Shown here piece by piece: positions 1-8,900 of a DNA stretch of 26,069 nucleotides. Origin of the DNA: a virus. Lineage: Duplodnaviria; Caudoviricetes. Under the pieces are notes generated by a model, which ran no database searches, was not told the origin of the DNA, and worked only from the letters and a program-made list of their open reading frames with translations. Where the stretch lies: the IMG/VR virus record IMGVR_UViG_3300011416_000292, positions 1-26,069 of that record; one strand, written 5' to 3'. The position numbers were made by a program, and so were the translations under genes. The number at the start of each line of letters is the position of its first letter. The first letter of the stretch is position 1.

Positions 1-2
1 AT

Positions 3-1325
3 AGTCGTCGCTGACGGATAAAGATGCAGGTCGACGTAATCATCAAACTTATCAATAAACTTTTCCGTGCAACTGACATTTATACAGCCGGCACCATAGC
101 CAGAAGGGTTGTAAGTAGTCATCTGTTCCAGCATACCTTGTAGTCCCGCTAGAGGGTTCATGCCTGGAACGTAGGTTGCCGACACCAGTTGCACCCGCCA
201 ATCAGGGTCAACAGCCTTAAATGCGTCATAAACCGCAACTTGATAAGTCATCCAGACAGGATTAACATAACTGCCGCTATAACCAACGTCAGGCAGGATA
301 CGCAGGAAATAGTTTGCTTCATTGAGTGGTTCGATAACTATTACGTCAAGATCGTCCTTGTACCTCTCTGCCAGAAACTCCGCTTGCGGCATGATATAGT
401 ACGGCAGCAGTTCAGCAAGAGTGTCATAATCCGGCATGAGCGCAGGCCAATCGCGTGAATATGGATGGGCCAACGCAAGTATAAGTTTCATACCGTACTT
501 ACGAGCATTGAATACCGCACGATCTACAGCCGACCAATCGTCATTTTCAGATATGGTGATCGGTTGACCACTCCAAAGATGATGCTTGGCAGGCAAAGCC
601 CATTCTCGAACTACCTTGATCCCCATTTCGTGCATCTTCTTGTAGGCAAAATCCACCCTGTCAAGCGTGGCGTTCCACGGATCCCCGTAATCATCGCCGC
701 CAAGATAGTAAAGAGCGTCAGAATAACCGCGCACGGTATCACCGTTACATCCCATTTCTACGGTAGAACGGAATACCCCGCCATCAGCACGTTTGTCACT
801 TACAATGTCATTTAGTAAGTAGTTGTATATTTTAGAGTTAATGGTCATAGCCAATATTTCAGGCTCTTTAATGATGGTGCTGTCTGCGGGTTCCTTACCG
901 CTATTTAGCGCACTCAGCGCATCCTTGACCGTTGTGCCGGTGACGGTGGAGGTGTTGGATACCTGTGTATCGGAGATCCCGGTCAGGCTTGCCCCGCTGC
1001 CGGTGGGGGTCAGATACGTTACTGCTGCTTCGGTCTTGGTCAGGCGGTCATTTCCGGTGTAGATGGAAAAAACAGATGTTGCCAGTTTTTCTGCTACTGC
1101 CGCGTTGACCGCATCAAATTTGTCACCTGTTGTGGATGTGAACAGGTCGAATATGCTTTTGTCCGCTTTGCCGGCGAGTTGGTTCTTAACCGCTGTTGAA
1201 CGGTTCAGATACCTTGCCTCATTGACGTATTTAGTTATATCGCCAGGGCCGGAATAACTGATATTTACCGCGCAAGCAATCAGGAAAACAACAGCCAGGC
1301 CATACCCTTTAATGTCTCTTTTCAT
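3..1325 (-). CDS. Tail-associated glycoside hydrolase, clan GH-A (GH5-like TIM barrel), 3'-truncated by the window edge; signal/lipoprotein-like N-terminus
   Basis: Absent from the ORF track because it has no stop in the window. Manual translation from ATG 1325 (ATGA overlap with the upstream stop): MKRDIKGYGLAVVFLIACAVNISYS..., then MHEMGIKVVREW, WSAVDRAVFNARKYGMKLIL, LAERYKDD..VIEPLNE (NE acid/base motif), YDAFKAVDPD, VDLHLYP. Confidence 0.75.
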   Translation of the reverse strand, partial: MKRDIKGYGLAVVFLIACAVNISYSGPGDITKYVNEARYLNRSTAVKNQLAGKADKSIFDLFTSTTGDKFDAVNAAVAEKLATSVFSIYTGNDRLTKTEAAVTYLTPTGSGASLTGISDTQVSNTSTVTGTTVKDALSALNSGKEPADSTIIKEPEILAMTINSKIYNYLLNDIVSDKRADGGVFRSTVEMGCNGDTVRGYSDALYYLGGDDYGDPWNATLDRVDFAYKKMHEMGIKVVREWALPAKHHLWSGQPITISENDDWSAVDRAVFNARKYGMKLILALAHPYSRDWPALMPDYDTLAELLPYYIMPQAEFLAERYKDDLDVIVIEPLNEANYFLRILPDVGYSGSYVNPVWMTYQVAVYDAFKAVDPDWRVQLVSATYVPGMNPLAGLQGMLEQMTTYNPSGYGAGCINVSCTEKFIDKFDDYVDLHLYPSATT

Positions 1326-1756
1326 AGTTCCTCCGTTGCAAGATCCCCATCTTTTACATAAAGCCTGTAAGCGATTGCCGTCAGTGCGTCGTTGATGATG
1401 TTGTTCTGTTCCGTTCCTGACGCAAGTTCAATGATTGCCAGCGTCCCGTTGACCGTCTGCACCTGATAAAATAGTCCGCTTACTGGATCAAGAACTGTTA
1501 CGCTGATTGCTGTGCCGCTCGGCAGTTCCGTTGTCCTGAGTTGCCCATTGTTAATCTGAATGTTGTAGACTTTGCCATTCTCAGTGTCGGAAACTATCGT
1601 GTTCGGGGTAGGAACCCCACCAGCCCCAGGCCATGATCCGCCATCCCAAAGAGGAAGACCACCAGATGATACAGAACAGTGAGACAAGAATTCCAGTGCC
1701 GCGGGTGACAGGCCGCGGTCAGGCAAACCGGTCCTGTTGTTGTGCCTGTATTTCAC
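1322..1756 (-). CDS. Hypothetical tail-associated protein (~144 aa) with three short beta-rich repeats
   Basis: Likely GTG start at 1756 overlapping the upstream TGA (GTGA), rather than the track start 1807. Repeats: D..NGKVYNIQINNGQL / D..SGLFYQVQTVNGTL / D..TAIAYRLYVKDGDL. Confidence 0.6.
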   Translation of the reverse strand: MKYRHNNRTGLPDRGLSPAALEFLSHCSVSSGGLPLWDGGSWPGAGGVPTPNTIVSDTENGKVYNIQINNGQLRTTELPSGTAISVTVLDPVSGLFYQVQTVNGTLAIIELASGTEQNNIINDALTAIAYRLYVKDGDLATEEL

Positions 1757-2106
1757 GGGTACGAAGCACCGTTTACCGAAATAGCCACCGCATTTGCGGC
1801 GTCGCAAAAGGCCCTGATGGTCGTGCCAGGCAGAAGAGCATCGTTAAGAACGAAGAAGGCTGAAGAGTCTTCTTCGCCGGCGGCTTCGACTGGTTGCTGG
1901 TCGAATCTCCTATTCGCTGGAGTCGGGGTCTCGTCAGGCGGCACAATATGCACCGTCACTTTTCTGGCCGTTGCGGATGTATTACACAAGCGCATACTGG
2001 TCAGACAAACGACTTTGGTCTTCATCAGATCAGTGGTCGGCACTTTGTATAAGACCGCCAGCGTGTCTCCTAAAAGCGCACCTTGTATGATGGGGATAGG
2101 GTTCAT
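1753..2106 (-). CDS. Small beta-sandwich virion/tail protein (~117 aa)
   Basis: Start MNPIPII at 2106 has GAGG upstream. The LYKVP...LCNTSATARKVTVHIVP...IRAFCDAANAVAISVNG pattern is typical of small phage tail-region proteins. Confidence 0.6.
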   Translation of the reverse strand: MNPIPIIQGALLGDTLAVLYKVPTTDLMKTKVVCLTSMRLCNTSATARKVTVHIVPPDETPTPANRRFDQQPVEAAGEEDSSAFFVLNDALLPGTTIRAFCDAANAVAISVNGASYP

Positions 2107-2132
2107 AGAGTCCTCATTACCACGTTGTCGGG

Positions 2133-2789
2133 TCAATACACGATCATCAGGATGCCGGTTGATGTGCGGTAAACATTGCCTGCTCCCAATCCACCCGTGA
2201 TGGCAGCGGTATTGTCGGCATATACCGGTATGCCCGATAGCGTTATGACCGGAGCTGTCAGGCTGATGGATTCTGCCCCAGCTATTTCTGTGTTCCCTTC
2301 CAATAAGGACACGAGACCTGTTTGAACCGCATTCTTCAGGGAATACAGGTAGACCGATACCCCGTTATTGATTACCCTTGATTCGTATACGCCAGAGGTG
2401 GCAACGGATATTATCCTGTTATTTATCTGCCCTTGTATCCCGCTTTCCACACCATCCACATAATTCAGTTCATCAGTGCTGGCGGTCAGTCCATCAAGTT
2501 TGTTGATCTCATCCGCAGAAGCAGTGACTGGAGTTGCCCCCAGAACGAGTGAGGGAGTGGTTACCTTGACAGAGGCTGTGATCTCTGTGGCAGTGATCGG
2601 ACCAGTAACGACTCCACCAGTTTTGTCCACCTTGGAATTGACTGCCGCCGCGATGTTCCCGAACTCCGACCTGATTTCTGCCGATGCCCCGCTGCCGCCG
2701 AAGATTGGTTCGCCTGATGGGGTGTAGTCCATGGGGATGCCTCCTGAAATAAGTAATGTGATCGTTATCAACTGGACGATGTGTTTCAT
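2133..2789 (-). CDS. Tail fibre/tail-attachment-like protein; alternative in-frame start at 2732
   Basis: GGAGGT before ATG 2789 and AGGAGG before ATG 2732 (MDYTPSG...). Contains fibre-like repeats VTASADEINKLDG / LTASTDELNYVDG and a C-terminal YADNTAAITGGLGAGNVYRT motif. Confidence 0.7.
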   Translation of the reverse strand: MKHIVQLITITLLISGGIPMDYTPSGEPIFGGSGASAEIRSEFGNIAAAVNSKVDKTGGVVTGPITATEITASVKVTTPSLVLGATPVTASADEINKLDGLTASTDELNYVDGVESGIQGQINNRIISVATSGVYESRVINNGVSVYLYSLKNAVQTGLVSLLEGNTEIAGAESISLTAPVITLSGIPVYADNTAAITGGLGAGNVYRTSTGILMIVY

Positions 2790-2809
2790 TGCTACCTCCG
2801 TAAAACGAG

Positions 2810-2849
2810 AATACCCTGCCGACCTTCTACTGAAGGAGAGCAGGGCATT
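2810..2849 (-). terminator. Long stem-loop downstream of the giant gene; putative terminator/attenuator
   Basis: Minus strand AATGCCCTGC-TCT-CCTTC-AGTA-GAAGG-TCG-GCAGGGTATT, followed by CTCGTTTT and then the RBS of the next gene. Confidence 0.5.
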
Positions 2850-2929
2850 GAAGCACGGCTATTGTGTTTCCGGCAGGCCAAGAGGACTGCACTTTATGAG
2901 GTGTTACGTACCACAAATTTTGCTAATGT

Positions 2930-5900
2930 TCAACGATTGAATGCTTTAATTAACTTGTCGTAGATAATCTCTTCCTCTTCCTCGATGTCCTTTACCCGGT
3001 TCCGCTTCTCGGCGAAGGGCATGTCCGACAGCCTGATGGCATCCACGGCATCCCGTTTGGCCTTGGCCAGCTTCATCTGCCGGTCGGCCAGGTTCGCCAC
3101 GGATATCAGGTCGGCGTTGTCTTCCTTCAACTGGTTGGCGACCTCCGGGTTCTTGTCCTTCTTGGCGGACTTCCACTCTTCCGCTGCAGTCTTGGCGTCC
3201 CCAGCGATCTGGTAGAACAGCTGCCGGGTGTCCTTGACGTTGTTCTCCTTGCCCAAGACCGAGACCATCGGGATCTCCCCGACCTCGGGACCACTGCCGC
3301 CATCCACCATGCCGAGACCGACCTGGGCCAGACCGACTGACTGGTCAATGAACGTGAAGGCACCACCTAATATCGACCGGGTGTAGAACTTCAGCACCTC
3401 GGGGGATACATCGACTGCACCGGAGGAATACTTCGTTCCACCGGATATATCATTCAGGGCAGCCGAAGTCTTCTCGTACAGAGTTCCCTTGGTGGCCCGG
3501 TACATGTTCTGGGAATCAGGCTTCGACTCACTGTATTTTGTCGGCGCGATGGGTGATCCAAAGCTCCCCAGATTCGTGGCCGGTGCCAGTAGGAGTTTCG
3601 GGACTGTTGGTAACATGGCGACCGTGCTTTTCCAGTTGAGACCTTCATGGGTGACCGGATTTCCCAGCGGTGAGAGGCCGTCCATGATGGCACTGGCCAG
3701 GTTCATGGCAGTCTTTTTGTCAGCCTTTCCGTGGGCAAGGTCGTTGATGGCATATCCGATCCCCACGAAGGATCCGTACTCATAAGGAAGGGGGATGGTC
3801 AGGAATGACTTCTCGCCGGTCCTGATGACAAGGTTGCGGTTCTTGGTGGACCGGCCGACCTTTTCCCATTCGTCGTCATCATCGCCACCGATCCCCCGGG
3901 AGAGTTCGGCAGCCATGTACCCCACCATGGCCATGGCGCCGACCAGTGCCTGCGCCTGGTGCTTGTGCTTGGACTCCGTGAGGGCGAAGATACTGCGCTG
4001 GATACCTTGGACAGCCGGGTTGAAAAATAGCCACAGGGCTCCCATCTGGGGGCCGAGTTCGCCCTTCTTGTCGAAGTTGATGGTTGAGTTCTTGGCGGCC
4101 TCTCCTGCTTCGGCCTCTGACTTCCCTTCTTCCACCAGGGTGATGAACGTGGCCACCCGGAATGCATTCTCTGAGATGGAGTTCATGGCTTCGATCATCT
4201 TGAGGAAGTGACCCAGGATAGGTATCTTCTCGAATCCGGCCACACCCGATTTCGCCAGGGCCTTCGTTCGGGCATACATCGGGCTCCGACCTTCTGCGAT
4301 CTGCTCGTCATAAACTTGACGGTAGGTGGCGATGGCCCCGATGTGTTCATGGTACATGGACTCAACATCATCGCCCAGCCGCTCAAGGGAGGACAGATAG
4401 GATGCCCCGGTGGACCCGCCCTGCTTGCGGTAACGGTCGATCCACTGACTCTTGCTCGGATCCTTGCGACCCTTCCAGAACTCCTTGACCGCCTTGGGGT
4501 AGTTGGCTGCAATCTTGGCTGCCGTGGCCACCCCGTAGTCCCCTGTCAGGTTGACCATGCCAGAGGTGAAGTCCCGGATGGTGTTCCTGATGGTGAACCG
4601 CGGGTCGTATCCGGTGTAGGCCCGGGAGAAATAGTTGTTGATCGTCTTCCCGATTGTCAGCAGAGTTCCGAGCCCTTCCGCCCCCATGTTGGTCAGGGCG
4701 TCGGCAGAGATCTGGTCGTTGATCTGGATGCGGACCTGGTGCCCTTTGACAAAGGCATTGACCTCGTTCTTGCCCAGCATCGGGCTGACCATCATCTTGA
4801 CTGTCGGGTCGGTTGAGATGTCCACCACGTAATCATCGATCGGAGTGTGATATTGCGCCCGGTGAGCAGCGACGAAATCATCAGCCTCTTTCTCTGTACC
4901 GAAGGCACCGATCACCGTACCCTTGAATTCAGCCGTGTAGACCTTCTGGTTCTTGAAGACCCTGCGGAGTTCCGGCTTACCTACTGTTCCGATGGCTGGG
5001 TCGTTGGCCTCGACCAGCAGGGAAATAATTTGGAGATTAACTTTATTTTTTTCTATTGTCTTGATGGCCGATTCACGGGCCTTGATGATGTTCTCCAAGA
5101 CATGTTCCTCGCGGAGTTCATGCCCTGCCCTGCGCTTGAGGTTGCGATTGACGACCTGACCCTTGCCTGCCCCGGGCTTCGTGTCTCCCTCACCACCACG
5201 CAGCGGGACGTAATGAGTATATGCACCCTGCCAGGCGTCTCGCATTTCCTGAGAGATGATGCCTGCCTTGAGCAGCATGTCCGCCGACTCATCCGAGAAT
5301 GCCCTGAAACGGTTGGCGATGCTCTCCAGCTTGGCGAAGTCTGCCCGGGCCTTGTAGACCTTCAGTGCGTCTGCAGCTTCCTTGTCGGTGACACCGAATG
5401 CTGTAGCAGTGGGGTCCTTGTGCAGTTCTCGCATCGCCTGATTCGCTTCAGCGGCGTGTTGCATCAGCAGGAAGTCGCTGATGTCGTCCAGTTTGATCTT
5501 CTCCTTGGCGGCCTCTTTGATGAGGGGGCCAACCTGAAGGTCCATGAAGCGCGATAACTGGTCAGCGGTCTTGCCAGCTTGAACTGCGAGACCCCTTGAT
5601 ACGTCCGCTTGTTCGGAGAGGACAACCCCGTTGTCTTCCAAGTACTCCTGCAGCACATCCAATCTGTTGAACTTATTTTGGAACTTACGTTTCAACAGTT
5701 GATATGGAGTTTCCACCGGAAGATTATTTTGTCTTACCGAATACTTTGGTGAATCGCCTTGACTAGTTGTCCCATCTAGTATACCATTGGATATCTTTTC
5801 TATGGAGGTAAGCATATGCCGAATGTCATCTGTGCCTTTTGCGGAACCACTACCCACAAACTGCCGTACCAGATCAGGCAGAGTAAGTCCGGTAGATTCT

Positions 5901-8900
5901 ACTGCTCTTACGAATGCAGTCAATCTGACCATCGTAGTGTATGGGTCGACTCCGAGGGATATCAGAGATCCAAGGTTGCTGGACGGTCCCCTCTCATCCA
6001 TCGTCAACTTATGGAGAAGCATCTCGGGCGCAGACTGTTGTCCAGTGAAGTCGTCCACCATATTAACGAAGACAAGACGGACAACAGGATTGAGAATCTT
6101 GCTATCCATAGCAGATCTGGCCACATGTTCGAGCACAATCCCTTGAGTTTTGATATCAAGGCCGCTGAAACCATGCTCAAGGAAGGACTTTCTGTGAACG
6201 ATGTCGCTGAAAAACTTGGTGTCACTCGCGGCATCTTGAGTGGTGCTTTTATCCGTAGAGGCACGACCACCAACGCGGTCAGAGGACTCCCCCCTCAAGT
6301 TGAGAGAAGACCTTTGCAACTCCCTGAGATAGTCGAGTGCATCAAGAAAAGCTGGTCCCTGGATCAAATGGCTGACTTTTTTAAATGCAGTACGAGTTTC
6401 ATCAGGGACACCATCAGGAGTAATGGCACCTCTCTGAGAAAGATCAGGGTGTCTCTCGGTCTCCCCGCTGGCATCACGCCCAATCGGATTTACTGATTCA
6501 CGTTTCTGTTTTACCGAGAACATCGGGTAGGATGCAGGAGTCTTGTCTGTGATGGGGATGTAGGGGACAAGGATAAGCGTGGACTGAGTGCCTGGGTTGA
6601 TAATATCGTAAAAGCCAGTTTCTCTATTCTGCCTTACCTGTAAATCTTCTGTGGCATGGTTTCTTTTAAGGAATATTTCAGCGGCCTCTCTACTGGTGAA
6701 ACCACGCTCTACTACAGGGCGGGCGTTCTTTTCGCCGATGCTTGTTTTACCTACCCCCTCTTTCCCATACTTCTTGAACAGGGCAGGGAGAGTACGATCA
6801 TAGAGAGCCTTCAGTCCAGCCCCCCCAATCGACAAATCCAATCCCGAGAGAATCTTTTCTGACTCATGGTATTTTTGCTTTACAGAGTCTTTAGACTGAT
6901 TTAGAATATCAGCATGAATATTCAAAAGTTTTGCGAGTTCTGTGGTGTTGAGATTTTTCACAAGTGGCCTTCCCATCTTGCTAGGAAGAGGTTCTGCTCC
7001 AGAACGTGCAGGTCTAGTTTTCTGTGGGATACCGTCAGTGCCAAGATGGAAGATGCGTCCAGGGCTTACAATGCCGACAATTTCTCTCGCGCTGAGATCA
7101 CTTGTCCGCAATGCGGGAAGAAGCGCTACGTCTCCCCTGCCATCCTCAAGGCTGGTGCTAAGTTTTGCTCCAAGGCTTGCTCCGACATCGCGCATCGCGT
7201 TGACAACCCCAACCGCCACAGGACTACGTTCATTGATGGCAAGCTCACCAAAGACCATATCCTTATTGTGGAAAAGGCTATCGGCAGAAAGATGGTTCGC
7301 GGAGAGGATATTCATCACATCAACGGGCAAAAGCGAGATAACAGCCTGCTTAACCTGATCGTGTTGAAGCATGGACAACACACTTCCGTCCACTGTATCC
7401 AAAGGCATCAGAAACGCCATCTTAGTGCCGTAGACATTATCAGCCAGTTCCCCGATGCCTTGTGGCTTGGTAGCCTCGTCCCATAGTGGGTTGCTCGAGG
7501 CCCCTTCCCCATCGCTTATTTTCTTAGCTATTTCTTTGCCAAGATATTCCTCTATGGTTTTATCGGTTGCCCTAGATTCAGTCCAAAGACTATGCCCATC
7601 TTTTTCTGCCGAGACCTTGTATGTGCCATCTTCGTTCGGCTGATAAGCGATTTCATCTACCTGCTTGCTCAAATCATACCTTGCCGCCTGCATGGCACCG
7701 GTCGTGAAACTCACCCCGTCAAATCCGTTCTCCTTGGCATAGGCCAGTACACGCTTGACGCCGATATCGTAGATGCGCTTGACCAGATATGAGGGCATTT
7801 TCTTCTGGTTGGCAAATGACGGACCCTGCATCTCTTCGACAAAAAGAATTTTGCCCTGCTCGGTCTCGCGCTCGTTGAAGCGGATTCTTACTATCGGATT
7901 CGTGATCGATTCGTATTGCGAGTGGCCGTCTTGCCATTTACCAGCCTCTCCTGCTACCCGTTTCTTATAGTTTGGGTGCTCTTTTAAATCACTTCTTGCC
8001 TCTTCCTCTGTAGGCCATCTTCCCATTCGTTCGCCATCAAGAAACGCATCAACTCCATTTTTTGCAGGAGTTGTCGTTATGACTGATGCAGAGGATAAAC
8101 CGAGTCCCGGTGCTGTTACAAACATCTCCCTGTACGATCCTGCTGCTGCACCAGGTTCTGTGTATTGGGAGAAGTGGGTGACATCTTCTCGAAAGTCGCC
8201 AACTTCTTCTTGGTATCTTGCGTGTGCTTCGCTTTGTTCGGCTGGCGATAACTCTGAATAAGGGGTTTCTTCGTTCGCTCCCCCTTCGTCATTCCACCAT
8301 GCCTCAACATCACCCATATCAGGTTCGCCCAGCACCACATCCTCAAGCTCAACAGAATTGGCCTGAATCGCTTCCAGTACTTCCGCCTTGGTCACCGCCT
8401 TGCCTTCGTCGAACTCTCCCAGCACGGTGCCGATTTCGTCCTCTGTGACTCCATTGTTGCGTAACATGGAACGGAGTTGTGGAACGAACATGCGACCTGA
8501 CATCTTCTGCTCGACCACTTCCGCCAGTTTCGACCGGAAGGGCTGCAGTCTTTCCCTTGCTTCCTTGAGAGAGTACCGGATGTCAGGGTTGGTGGGGTCA
8601 AAGGAACCGCGATTTCCGATTGCGGATTTTATCTGGGTAGGGGAATAAACAATGTAGGCTTTCCGGCCATCTGCCCTCACTATTTTCCCATCATAACCTC
8701 GGGACAGTGATTCTTCTGCTATCGTGATTCCTTTTGCTATTGCTGACTTCTTGATATCTCCTGCCACTCTATCAGGAACTGGGTTTTCAATCTTAATGTA
8801 GACGGGCATAATGTTACCGCCCCGCCCTGTTTTGTTTGCATATTCCGCCGCATATTTGGTTGACTCTGTGAACATGAAGGCGCCCACAAAACCACCCGTG

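Noticed and set aside
2850-2929. Possible c-di-GMP riboswitch, prompted by the GGDEF domain
   Set aside because: I could not match the GEMM consensus (GCAAA...GAAA tetraloop/receptor architecture).
5730-7500. Inserts as inteins or group I/II introns
   Set aside because: No Cys/Ser...His-Asn-(C/S/T) intein ends in the host frame, almost no non-coding flank for a ribozyme core, and the endonucleases are antisense. Not formally excluded without RT-PCR.
7719-7937. Out-of-frame 72-aa ORF with AGGAG/GAGG upstream
   Set aside because: Different (+2) frame, overlaps a conserved-looking domain rather than a linker, and the peptide has no recognisable features.
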